Shown here piece by piece: positions 51,347 to 64,000 of a stretch of DNA of 64,000 bases. The stretch is from NCBI RefSeq assembly GCF_964355755.1, contig NC_092673.1, positions 20,457,648-20,521,647 of the forward strand. The letters are read 5' to 3'. Each line of letters opens with the position of its first letter. The first letter of the stretch is position 1. Made by a program: the position numbers and the translations under genes. This DNA is from Antedon mediterranea. Taxonomy: Eukaryota > Animalia > Echinodermata. Under the pieces are notes generated by a model, which saw only the letters and a list, made by a program, of their open reading frames with translations, made no database searches and was not told where the DNA came from.

Positions 51347-51539
51347 CAGTGGCGTAACGGCTATGAGCGCTTAACTGGCTAAACCCAGGAGCCGAAGCTT
51401 ATGGGGCCCGGAGCAGTGCCCAGAGAAAAAAATCAGGCATTACAATAATGTCGCGAAAACGGCTAAAAACGCCCGAGGCCAGTTAGGGTACCTAATTTAA
51501 ACCAGGAGCCTCTGGTCTCTACGATAGCCTACGTCACTG
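51347..51539. mobile_element. Degenerate hAT-like MITE
   Basis: Ends CAGTGGCGTA / TACGTCACTG with a GC-rich interior. TSD not preserved. Confidence 0.45.
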
Positions 51540-52224
51540 CCTGAAATGTTTCTTTGTAAAAGATTGCAGTGGACGCGACATGAATGTACACGTACTGAAA
51601 CAATTTCTGATGCGGAGATTTCCACTTTTCTTAAACACTTGAGTAGGACGAAACGAACTAACAATGATTAAGTACTTCAATTATTCAATTTCTTTCGAAC
51701 TCTTAAATAACCCAGTCGCCAAATATATGGGCCTACGATCAAAGTCGATTTAGAGTTACATAATTGAAACCTCATAAAATACAATTGGGTCCAAATATCT
51801 TAATCACTATGGATTATCAAACAACAGATAATTATGCAAATATTTATTAGATTCTTGCTATAAGTATTTTGATGATGACCATCTTTTGCATTATCTTTAA
51901 ACTTTTGTAGCAAATGTTATTACGGTGTAATGACATGATTTATCTTTCTATTTTATACTTTAATTATTTCGTATATCCTCCCAGGTATACTTCAATTCAG
52001 TCAATTATAAAAGAATACAACTGTATGGGTGATTTCATTAGGATGTGTATTATAATTGGAAACAAAATATAATAACACTGCGCTATTACTTATGACAACT
52101 GGAGCATAATATAATAGGCAGAGTTCTAACACTTAGTTTAAAAACTGAAAGATTTAGAAAATTGAAGTAAAAATCACATTAGGCCAAGGTACGACGTATT
52201 AGCCACTACGAAGATCGAGTCTAA

Positions 52225-52795
52225 AGCGTGGTTCCCACTAGCGACGCAACACAAGGACGTAACGCAACGCAAGTGAATTGACCAATCATAAGCGATGGCT
52301 TATTCGCTTGTGATTGCTAACCGTCTATAACTTCGCTTGTCATTGGTTAAAACGCTTGCGTTGCGTTTACGTCCTTGAGTTACGTTCTAGTGGGAACCAA
52401 GCTTAAAGCTTGGTTCCCACTAACGACGCAACGTAACGCAACCTACGCAACGACGTATTGACGCAAAGTTCTGTATTGCGTAATCACAAGTGGGAACCGA
52501 CGACGCAACAGTGCTGCAAACATCGCAGGTTTGATTTCACGCAGTCGGGGGCAAACACAATTATTGGAAGGGTATTTTCTTACGTTGCGTAGGTTGTGTT
52601 ACGTTGCGTCGCTAGTGGGAACAGAGCTTAACGTTTTCCACATTAGGACGTAACGCAATGATGAATTTAAGCGCAACGCAGTCGAGTTGATCAATTACAA
52701 GCCAGATGATCCATCGCATCGTGATTGGTCAAATTGTTTGCGGTGCGCTTACATTGTGCCCGTGCGCGCGTTGAGCTTAAGGTGCACCAAGCTTC
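52225..52795. mobile_element. Tandem cluster of MITE family B (B1 52225-52403, B2 52407-52628, degenerate B3 after)
   Basis: Arrangement TAA-B1-TAA-B2-TAA. Shared TIR AGC(G/T)TGGTTCCCACTAG. Confidence 0.8.
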
Positions 52796-53496
52796 AAGCA
52801 GTGTAAATTTGAAGCTAAATGTGATTTTGACTTAAAAGTAGATGAACATATGTATCGTCCTCACTTTGATGCTTATTAATAGAATTTTTGTTATGAGACA
52901 ATCAATTAAATATTGAAATGTAACAATAGAAATAGATATGGAATTTGAAGATTGGTTTTCTGATATATTAAAAATTGAAAATAACATCTCATAATTTCAT
53001 AAATTACCGGCCACTCGGCTGCTCAGATACACTATAATATATACGGTAGTAGATATTGCATTAGTTAGCATTGTGTTTTGATCGATTGTGTGTTACCATT
53101 ACTGGTGTAATAAACTGGTCTACGAATAACGTATTGTGTTATTGTTATGACTTGTAACATGATACTACTAATATTGTAGAGTGCAAAAATAGAGCGTCAA
53201 GGATGAGTTTATGATGAATACAAATGTTAAAAAAGGCGATTTTTTTCTATAGGAATTTGTCTGCTTAAGTATTTTTGATCGCACGTGATATGCCGCCACA
53301 GCTACGAAACAATTATTTGCCAATCACCATTGTGAGCTTTCTGATCTAAATTTGGCGTTTTTACGAAAGTTATCACAACGCCGCATCGTCTGTAAGCTAC
53401 AGTATTATTGGTGTCATAGATTTGATGGAGTAGCAACGTGATTAATCAAAAAGTTCGTCAAAATCATGAGCACCGATTATGTAACCGAAACGAAAA

Positions 53497-54168
53497 GACG
53501 TAAGCGCAACGCAAGCGAATTGTCAGCCGACAGTTCAAATAAAATTCATCTCTAAAGCGTGGTTCTCATTAAGCGTGGTTCCCACTAGCGACGCAACACA
53601 AGGACGTAACGCAACGCAAGTGAATTGACCAATCACAAGCGATGGCTTATTCGCTTGTGATTGCTAACTGTCTATAACTTCGCTTGTCATTGGTTAAAAC
53701 GCTTGCGTTGCGTTTACGTCATTGCGTTACGTTCTAGTGGGAACCAAGCTTTAGAACGCAACGCAGCGACGTATTGACGCAAAGTGATGTATTACGTAAT
53801 CACAAGTGGGAACCGACCACGCAATAGTGCTGCAAATAGGCCTATCGCAGGTTTGATTTCACGCTTGCGGGGGCAAACACAATTATTGGAAGTGCATTTG
53901 CTTAAGCTTGGTTCCCACTAGAACGTAACGCAAGGACGTAAACGCAACGCAAGCGTTTTAACCAATGACAAGCGAAGTTATAGACAGCAATCACAAGCGA
54001 ATAAGCCATCGCTTGTGATTGGTCAATTCGCTTGCGTTGCGTTTACGTCCTTGCGTTACGTTCTAGTGGGAATCAAGCTTGATGTTGTGTAGGTTGCGTT
54101 ACGTTGCGTCGCAAGTGGGAACCAAGCTAATGATTCTTGCGTTGAGTCATAGTGAGAACCAAAAGCTT
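53497..54168. mobile_element. Nested MITE family B cluster
   Basis: B2 host (53556-54128) interrupted by B1 at 53572-53750 (TSD TTA/TTA) and an inverted B1 at 53905-54079 (TTA/TGA). Older B3-like ends lie outside. Confidence 0.8.
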
Positions 54169-55059
54169 TACCAATCGCGGTCTTGGAATCAAACATACCT
54201 TTCATCACCGTATTCGAACTCTTTTCCTATCATCAAAAACTGCACGTATTAACCAAACCTCGAACTCATGATTTACACATCTTAATTGAATGCATTTACT
54301 TTTACTAGGAACAGAACATCATCTTAACAAATTGTATTTTGACATATCAAACTAAATCAAACACGGCAGAAGAAAGCTAATGGTATATTGTGGCATGTTT
54401 AGTTTATAATAGGTAGAGGCCATTTAGTGTTAAAACATTCGTTAGTTATATATTCCTATTTTGAGGCATCTATAGTTAAACTCATGAAATTTATTTATCA
54501 TCCAACAATGTTAGAAAATAACCGGTTAAATAGTAATCCGGTTAGCATTTGATATCTATCCCTTTAGAAACACGTGATATCATAACTTAAATAAAGCCCT
54601 TAGGCATCAATACACATGACTAGGTAAACAGCTAAAAATAACATTATATATTTAACACCCAAACACATGCTTGAAATGCCACCAAGATCAAATTAAAGTA
54701 CGAATCATTCGAAGTATTCTCTTTCCTCTGTAATAGTCGATTTGTTTGTTTTGTTCATAATTGTGAATGAATAATTACACCCTTTTGAATACATCGGTCA
54801 ATACATTATTGCTTACATTATACGTTATGCTATAACATTATCATTAGGTATGGGAAAATATTTTCTTAAGCGTTATCCTCTCAACATCTAAACAGCAATT
54901 CCTCACACAAAATTGTGATATATTACCAGCCTGATAGTCCACGAGTTGTTTTTATATAGTATTTTGTTGATTACAAAATGATAAATAAATATTTGACCCT
55001 TAATTGTCAGCATGCTAAATAATAAATAGATAAAATGAAATGAATATAGCATATTTCGT

Positions 55060-57378
55060 ATCATGATATACGGTACCACACACATAATGCGACGTCATCC
55101 CCCATTCCATAAACATTTCCCATCGTGATATACGGTACAACACACATAATGCGACGTCATCCCCCATTCCATAAACATTTCCCATCATGATATACGGTAC
55201 AACACACATAATGCGACGTCATCCCCCATTCCATAAACATTTCCCATCGTGATATACGGTACAACACACATAATGCGACGTCATCCCCCATTCCATAAAC
55301 ATTTCCCATCGTGATATACGGTACAACACACATAATGCGACGTCATCCCCCATTCCATAAACATTTCCCATCGTGATATACGGTACAACACACAATGTAA
55401 TGTCATCCCTCATGTCATCAACATTTCTCATCATGATATAAGGTCCAACACACAATGCAACCTCATCCCTCATGCTATCAACATTTCTCATCATGATATA
55501 CGGACAACACACAATGCAACGTCATTCCTCATTCCATCAACAATTCCCATCATGATATACGAACAACACACATAATGTGACGTCATCCATCATTCCATCG
55601 ACATTTCTCATCATGATTTACGGTACAACACATGATATGCAACGTTATCGCTCAGTCATCAACATTTCCCATCTTGATATACGAACAATACACAATGCAA
55701 CGTCATTCCTCATGCCATCGACATTTCCCATCATGATATACGGACAACACACAATATGCAACGTCATCCCTCATTCTATCTGAATTTCCCCATCATGATA
55801 TACGGACAACACACAATATGCAACGTCATCTCTCATTCTATCTACATTTCCCATCATGATATACGTCCTACCACACAATATACAACGTCATCCCTCATGA
55901 CATCAGCATTTCCCATCATGATATACGGTCCTACCACACAATATACCTCGTCCCTCATGACATCAACATTTCCCATCATGATATACGGACAACACACAAT
56001 GCAACGTCATCCCTCATTCTATCGACATTTCCCATCATGATATACGTCCTACCACACAATATACAACGTCATCCCTCATGATATCAACATTTCTCACCAT
56101 GATATACGGTACAACACACAATGCAACGTCATTCCTCATGCCATCGACATTTCCCATCATGATATACGGACAACACACAATATGCAACGTCATCCCTCAT
56201 CTATCTAAATTTCCCATCATGATATACGGACAACACACAATATACAACGTCATCCCTCATTCTATCTACATTTCTCCTCATGATATACGAACAACACACA
56301 CAATGCAACGTCGTCCCTCATGCCATCAACATTTTTACCATCATGATATACGGACACCACACAATATACAACGTCATCCCTCATGACATCAACATTTCCC
56401 ATCATGATATACGGACAACACACAATGCAACGTCATCCCTCATTCTATCGACATTTCCCATCATGATATACGTCCTACCACACAATATACAACGTCATCC
56501 CTCATGATATCAAAATTTCTCACCATGATATACGGTACAACACACAATGCAACGTCATTCCTCATGCCATCGACATTTCCCATCATGATATACGGACAAC
56601 ACACAATGCAACGTCATCCCTCATTCTATCGACATTTCCCATCATGATATACGTCCTACCACACAATATACAACGTCATCCCTCATGATATCAAAATTTC
56701 TCACCATGATATACGGTACAACACACAATGCAACGTCATTCCTCATGCCATCGACATTTCCCATCATGATATACGGACAACACACAATATGCAATGTCAT
56801 CCCTCATTCCATCGACATTTCTCATCATGATATACGGACAACACACAATATGCAACGTCATCCCTCATCTATCTAAATTTCCCATCATGATATACGGACA
56901 ACACACAATATACAACGTCATCCCTCATTCTATCTACATTTCTCCTCATGATATACGAACAACACACACAATGCAACGTCGTCCCTCATGCCATCAACAT
57001 TTTTACCATCATGATATACGGACACCACACAATATACAACGTCATCCCTCATGACATCAACATTTCCCATCATGATATACGGACAACACACAATGCAACG
57101 TCATCCCTCATTCTATCGACATTTCCCATCATGATATACGTCCTACCACACAATATACAACGTCATCCCTCATGATATCAAAATTTCTCACCATGATATA
57201 CGGTACAACACACAATGCAACGTCATTCCTCATGCCATCGACATTTCCCATCATGATATACGGACAACACACAATATGCAATGTCATCCCTCATTCCATC
57301 GACATTTCTCATCATGATATACGGACACCACACAATATGCAATGTCATCCCTCATGCCATCAACATTTCTCATCATGA
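55060..57378. repeat. Satellite array, ~59-63-bp unit, ~38 copies
   Basis: Unit CATCATGATATACGGACAACACACAATATGCAACGTCATCCCTCATTCCATCGACATTTCC. The ORFs here are repeat translations. Confidence 0.92.
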
Positions 57379-58507
57379 TGTCACACATATTCTGTAACTT
57401 CATCCTAAAATGTCATCCCACACGATTACCCCATGTTTATATGCAGCTAGTTCATACAAAACATGAATAAAATCTCATGTCACATTTTGCAACATTATCC
57501 ATGACATCCAGCCCGTACACAACTTCACATAACAATAATGATATGGTTAGCCAGCAATCTTAATATTAAATGGAGACAAATAATAAAATTTATTCTTAGT
57601 TTATCGAGCAGCATCATTGTAAAGCATGTCATACATTTTACGCTTGATTAGTTTAATTTTGATTCTTTTTGTTTACTGTGTGTTTTAAATTAAACATTGA
57701 TCATTTACTTTCGCTTTCTTTCAAATTGTTTCCATTTAATAATTCAATCAATAAAGACAGCTTTCATTATTATTATGTCGCGTTTTCTGGCCGATTCTTG
57801 GTGGTACTGGATAATTAGTTCAGTATCAAGCAACATTCTGTAATACATTGTCACATATGTATCACACGTGACGCGAGAATATTAACACTACTTTAACGCA
57901 ATGCATGTCATGTGAAACTGTATTAAGCCCTGTCTACACTATTTTGACAACAAAAGTGTGATGTGCCCAAATAAGGTAGTGTTATGCTTAAATATGGTAG
58001 AGATGACATCATCACATTTTTTGTCACACAAAGTTTTATAGTGTAGACAGAGCTTTACGGGGTGAGTCTATGATACTGGATAGATAATGTTTTTGGGATA
58101 TAGTATACACAGAGGGTGATGTATTAGTAACAATTTATTATTCCTTTCATGTTGAGAGACCTTTATAATCATTACTTGACGACCATGAGTCCTTAGCATT
58201 TCAAGACAGAGTTACTGTGGGCAGCTGACAGACAGAACATTTCAATTTTTAATATTCAATCGGAGCCAAATGGTCCCAAACGTCTTTTTTACATGCATTA
58301 TACAACCACAGTTATTAGGTACCAACATCCCTCAAGAAAAAAATTGATTGAATATCGAATATTATATTAGGTAATAGCAAGAATAAGGAAAAATTACGTT
58401 ACAGCCTCAAACTAGATATTAACTTAAGTACGTTGTAAAATTTCTAGTGACATCAGTAGAAAATACAAAGTTCAACTAGCAACGCAAGGACGTAAGCGCA
58501 ACGTTAA

Positions 58508-58850
58508 AGCGTGGTTCCCATTAGAACGCAACGCAGTGACTTAAGCGTGGTTCCCACTAGCGACGCAACGCAAGGACGTAACGCAACGCAAGTGAATTGA
58601 CCAATCACAAGCGATGGCTTATTCGCTTGTGATTGCTAACTGTCTATAACTTCGCTTGTCATTGGTCAACACGCTTACGTTGCGTTTACGTCCTTGCGTT
58701 ACGTTCTAGTGGGAACCAAGCTTTATATTGACGCAAAGTGTTGTATTGCGTAATCATAAGTGGAAACAGTGCTGCTGCAAACATCGCAGATTTGTTTTCA
58801 CGCAGGTGGGGGCAAACACAATTAAGCGTGGTTCCCACTAGCAACGCAAC
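58508..58850. mobile_element. MITE B2 with nested B1 (58544-58722)
   Basis: B1 flanked by TTA at 58541-58543 and 58723-58725 inside B2 sequence. Confidence 0.75.
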
Positions 58851-59611
58851 ACAAACCAAACCACTAATCTATGTCATACTCAAGATGATATATCACATAG
58901 TCAGTGTAATTTGTTGTTAAATTGTGGTAATGCCATGACAACGTACAATACATGAAAAAAAAAAAGAGTGATCAATATAATAACATTTTAATGTTGTATT
59001 CAAGAATTATCTCATAACTTATGTAATATATGGAAGACATTATTTGTGTAAAAAAATCTAAAAGCACTTATTATGATTAGCTTGTCATAACTTTGTCACT
59101 TTGCTTTTCTTCCTTATATCTTATTCTTATTAACTCAAAATTATTTTTACTAACAAACATTACTATTTATATGCCTAGTGTGTAAACATTATTGACATAA
59201 TTTAATTAAACATCCACATACAGTACAACTCTTCTTAACAATTTTTTCAATCTTCTATCAACTAAAAGTCGTAGTTAGTCATGTCTCGGGTCACATTCTA
59301 TGGTCACCGTACAGATAGGCTACTACATCAATACTTCTATGAATGGATGACTAGTTGGTGACAAGAACGCTAGTTGGTCATACCCAGTACCGTTTTGATT
59401 TTACGATCATTCGGGAAACCACCTCACGACATAACTTGGAGAATGAAAGCTTTGTCTACACTATCAAACTAGTTTGACAAAACAAGTGTGATGTGCTTAA
59501 ATATGGTAGTGATATGTCCAAATATGGTAGTGATATGATATCATCATGTCCATATATGGACACATCACATTTTTTGTCACATAAAGTTTGATAGTGTATA
59601 CAGAGCCTTAA

Positions 59612-61192
59612 AGGGGGATTCTGGGTTTAAAATTGCTTTTAAATATCGTTTATTTATTAAATAAAAAATATTATAACAATATAGACATTTCAGAATGAAG
59701 AAGTAATAACGAGAAATTAAACAAATTAAATTTCATATACATTTTAGGGTAAATTCATGGAAAGTCTGTTTTTTAGCAGCTTAGGGAAGCTCATTAATAT
59801 TCATGAGATATTCACAAAATCACGTCACCAGTGGATTCCAAACTCGCGACGTCATGTACGTTGTGTTTGTCAACTAATTTACATCTCTCTCCCCTGTCAA
59901 ACGACGACCACCATTGTGATCATTGTGAAATACATTTTTTGTAGATTTTCTAAGCTAGGCCTAAAGTGTAATAATAACAGTAGTAGCATATATTTATTTG
60001 ACATTTAATGAAATACAAAATTTAGTACAGATACGGAGTCATAAATTATACTATTTTTATACCTCTATAGTACAGATCGTATTATCGGCTTCACGTACAA
60101 TACTACTCTAGGCCTAGCCTAATAATAATATGGGCGAGAGCCATTCTGACTAGGGATTCCGAGCCACGATGGCTACGTTAAAACAATGGGGCCCATGGGC
60201 CTAGCTAGCCTACTACTAGACTATTGGCCCATAAATAAATAACAAAACCCATCCTATCAACCAAACTCCTAAACAATCTAAACCTAAAACATTCTACAAA
60301 ATCGGCTGTAAATATTGAAGCAAAACAAGGTCCGATCGCCGTCCACACGTATGGTGTCCCGATCGTCTAAGTAGGCCTAAAATAAATAGGTTTAGTTTAC
60401 TCTCCAAAAAAGCGGATACTCATGCATCAAGCAAGTTGACCAGGTAGTAGGAAGGAGACCTAGCCGATCCGGCCCAGTTAAAAATTGAGCTAGCTAGTGT
60501 AGTAGACCCTATGCGAATTGATACTACCAGGCCTTTTAACTATAGGCTGCACTACACAAATATTCCAACTCTCTCATTCGAGCTATATTATCTATACCAT
60601 TCCGGTAGGTCGAGTCGACCTTCAATCAAATACTGTACATCGTTCATGTTGTGATTATAGACGGGGTATACTCGACCCGACCAGTTTGGTATTGTTGTAT
60701 CTGCTTATCACGTGACGATGCCAGGCATGGGCAGCAGAGAGAGCACGTGTATCGTCGTCTCGCTCGATCCTCAGCAGGAATGTACAGTATACGTTACGCT
60801 TCATTGATTTTGATTTTTCCCTAAGTCGGTGCGAAAATCGGCAAACGTAAAGTGCAAACATATCTAATTTTTCACTGTTTTGATGAATTTTCATAAAAAA
60901 TTGACTTTATAAATGGGAAGACCGACTAAAATTACATCAGATAAGTATAATTTTACAAAAGTAATTGATATGGTTTATGATAACGAGTCGTCGGAAGATG
61001 GACCATTTCACGAATTTCCTATTTTGTAACCACAGTGTGATTTTGCCGTAGCTGCACTTGTAATCTGGCCTTATTTCACAGCCTTCGTTCTGCTTCACTG
61101 GACGCTTATATAAATTGAAACTTTTACCGTTCAAGAGACAAACAAATATATTTTATATTTGTTACTATTCATTTTAAACCCGGAACCCCCCT
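59612..61192. mobile_element. Kolobok-like non-autonomous DNA transposon (~1.58 kb)
   Basis: TTAA on both sides (59608-59611, 61193-61196). TIR AGGGGGATTCTGGGTTTAAAAT / ATTTTAAACCCGGAACCCCCCT. Sits between MITE A ends. No convincing ORF. Confidence 0.75.
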
Positions 61193-61671
61193 TTAAGCTC
61201 TGTCAACACAGAGCCTTAAGCTCTGTCAACACAATCAAACTAGTTGATGTGCCAAAATATGGTAGTGATATGTCATCGTGTCCATATATGGGCACATCAC
61301 ATTTGTTGTCACATCAATTTTGATGAGACAAAGCTTTAGTCTTTAAAGTCTCATTCAAAGTCACTGCCGATTAAAGTTAAATGTGATCCTTAAGCTCTGT
61401 CTACACTATGAAACTAGTTTGACAAAAAAGTGTGATGTTTGATAGTTTAAACAGGCCTTTACACACACACACAATTCAAATGTCTTTGTGCTTAATTTAC
61501 CTGTCCATTTAAATTACCTGGCATACTGGCGTCAGTGTAGTGACCATGCGTTGGTCTGAAACGCAATCCAAACGGACGGACGCACGCACATGGGTAATAC
61601 GTGAGTTGTAAGATTTTCTTATACCAAAATACTTTAAAGCCGGAAGTAGGATCGTGAAAGTTCATATTTAA

Positions 61672-61965
61672 AGCTTGGTTCCCACTAGGACACAGCACAG
61701 GGACGTAAGCGCAACCTAACCAAATTGACCAATGACAAGCGACAGGTCGGATAATCTATCGCTCGTGGTTGGTCAAGTTACTTATGCGTGGTTCCCACTA
61801 GCGACGCAACACAAGGACGTAACGCAACGCAAGTGAATTGACCAATCACAAGCGATGGTTTATTCGCTTGTGATTGCTAACTGTCATTGGTTAAAACGCT
61901 TGCGTTGCGTTTACGTCCTTGCGTTACGTTCTAGTGGGAACCAAGCTTACCGTTGCGCTTACGTC
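61672..61965. mobile_element. MITE B3 with nested B1 (61785-61947)
   Basis: A B1 copy interrupts a B3-type element. Shared TIR. Confidence 0.7.
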
Positions 61966-62244
61966 TTAAAAAACACATGCTACTACAGTAGTACGTAAAG
62001 ATTACACTCAGATTCAAGTAGGTAGATACAATCAGACATAAGGCCTACAATTTTCATTGGTCACTATGAGAAGAAGCGGATTGATTATGCACAGTAATAA
62101 CATTTAGTTTGGTGCAATAGTGAGCGGAACGCAAGGACGTACGTGCATAGGGCACAATGACGTACACGCAATACAAGGACATACACGCAATACAAGGACA
62201 TACGTACATCCGATGCAATTTGATGGTGTAACACGCGATCGTAA

Positions 62245-62421
62245 AGCTTGGTTCCCACTACGCAACCTACGCACCGTGGAAATGCCCTTCTAATAATTGC
62301 GTTTGCCCCGCCTGCGTGAAATCAGCATTGCTGCGTCGTCGGCTCCCACTTGTGATTACGCAATACAGTACTACGTCAATACGTTGTTGCGTTACGTTGC
62401 GTCACTAGTGGCAACCACGCT
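62245..62421 (-). mobile_element. MITE B2 copy (reverse orientation)
   Basis: AGCTTGGTTCCCACTA...CTAGTGGCAACCACGCT, with interior reverse-complementary to B2. Confidence 0.7.
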
Positions 62422-62913
62422 TTAGGACGTTCACGCAACGCAAGGAAGTATACGCTATGCACGGACATATACGTGATGGAATTACGTAATTTTTACGGGA
62501 TTCCCCATAAGTTACCATATCATTATACCCTTCTCCACATTGCCCTTCACTTTACTTGATTTTGTTCCACTTGCAGGTCACGGCAACTCCAATGTTCGTT
62601 CCATTTCTACAACAAAATCTAAATTTAATTCGTGTATTGTTTCATGTTGTTGCACCAGATAAATATCTATGGTGCCAAGAGGTCCGAATAATGTAAGCTA
62701 GAAAAAACGAAACCAATTAGTCTTAAAATACTCTAGGTCGCTGCTGCAGGCAAGTGCAACGTAATAAATACGGTGTGCAAATTATATGTTATAATGAAAT
62801 AACTAATACTAATAGCGAATAGATCCTTTCTTCGATACGGTAAATTGAATTTGTTGAAAGGAAGATATCACTGTACGCTAGTATAGTTTCCAAGTGTACA
62901 GTATTCCTTCTTA

Positions 62914-63092
62914 AGCTTGGTTCCCACTAGAACGTAACGCAAGGACGTAAACGCAACGCAAGCGTTTTAACCAATGACAAGCGAAGTTATAGACAGTTAG
63001 CAATCACAAGCGAATAAGCCATCGCTTGTGATTGGTCAATTCACTTGCGTTGCGTTACGTCCTTGTTTTGCGTCGCTAGTGGGAACCACGCT
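62914..63092 (-). mobile_element. Intact MITE B1 copy
   Basis: Near-perfect reverse complement of 58544-58722, with TTA TSD on both sides. Confidence 0.85.
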
Positions 63093-63187
63093 TTAGGAAC
63101 ATTCCTATTTTGTAGGGTATCTTGTCCTATAGGCCAACCTCTGGGATGCTCCTATTAAAAAGAAATGGTTGTTTTAGAAGGTGCCCC

Positions 63188-63392
63188 TTTGGTTCCCACC
63201 AGCGACGCAACGTAATGTGATCTACGCAAGAAAATGTCCTTCCCATAATTGTGCTTGCCCCCCTGCGTGAAATCAAACCTGCGATGTTTGCAGCACTGTT
63301 GCGGTCGTCAGTTCGCACTTGTGATTACGCAATACAGCACTTTTCGTCAATACGTCGCTGCTTTGCAATTGCGTCGCTATAGTCGGAACCAC
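63188..63392 (-). mobile_element. Degenerate MITE B2 copy
   Basis: Interior GTGATTACGCAATACAGCACTTT.CGTCAATACGTCG is the reverse complement of B2. Confidence 0.65.
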
Positions 63393-64000
63393 ATTTTATC
63401 AGAGAGTTCCAATGTATAGATTTGTACAGTGGACAACTCCTTCTGCGCACGCTCAGAAACTTACAAGCCAGGTAAATGACTTTTTGACTCGATATACAGT
63501 TGTGATAATCGACTGACGCGTGCTGAAAACGACCATATCCTTACTGTTTATAGAGATGTTTTATTTAATGCCAATACAATTGTGAGCCTATTCTCATCAT
63601 TGCATTGCATTTTCATCATACAAGAATACAAATTAATGTTGTGAAAGAAATTACCAGTAATTGCATTGCTGCTATTAACCAATATGATTGGCAACTACTG
63701 AAGTAAATTTTGTTTTCATTGTGAGTAATATTAATGAAGGACAATAAGTAATCGATTTAAAATGAATTTAACTCAGAAAGAAAATATCGTCAATGTATTG
63801 ATCTTAAGGGTCAATCCCGTTTATATTATACTTGTTGCATAATTCGGATACGTTGATCGGAGACAACGAGACATCCAGGAATATACCGAAATACTCTTGA
63901 AAGGGGCAGATGTAGGCTAAGTAAAAAAGTAAGAGAGCTAATTATGTTTTCTTAACCAACAACAATAGACGCACGCGCGAATATATCTTTACTTTATCGT

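Noticed and set aside
51608-51660. CTGATG...GGACGAAAC resembling a hammerhead
   Set aside because: The core is CTGATGC rather than CTGANGA, and no helix II partner is present.
55015-57378. Many 60-100 aa ORFs, and regular repeats superficially like a CRISPR array
   Set aside because: These are translations of a tandem satellite. There are no unique spacers or cas genes, and the context is eukaryotic.
59757-61134. Short ORFs inside the Kolobok-like element as possible transposase or THAP remnants
   Set aside because: No DDE, THAP or zinc-finger motif could be recognised.

Overview
AT-rich, spliced eukaryotic (invertebrate animal) genomic DNA. The left 38 kb is gene-dense. Six multi-exon genes could be rebuilt by hand with GT-AG introns and consistent phases: a small secreted two-LDLa protein (-), a Mesp/sage-type bHLH factor (-), TBC1D12/14 Rab-GAP (-), RNF139/TRC8 (-) head-to-head with its paralog RNF145 (+), and GLRX3/PICOT (-). 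The right 26 kb has no recognisable coding gene. It holds non-autonomous DNA transposons (Harbinger/Tourist-like MITEs that nest into each other, hAT-, Kolobok-, MULE- and Helentron-like elements), a ~60-bp satellite, and a few candidate + strand 5' exons. Most notable observations: (1) a ~330-bp intronic element coupling a type I hammerhead ribozyme to a tRNA-Asp(ATC)-like cloverleaf (SM-alpha/retrozyme-like), plus a second family of minimal Penelope-type hammerheads; (2) the divergent RNF139-RNF145 sterol-ERAD ligase pair sharing one intron position; (3) TIR-only hairpins with 7-bp TSDs and pervasive TA-x-TA motifs that look like transposon excision footprints; (4) a tRNA-derived cassette shared by two different TIR elements. 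All family assignments come from recalled motifs, not database searches.
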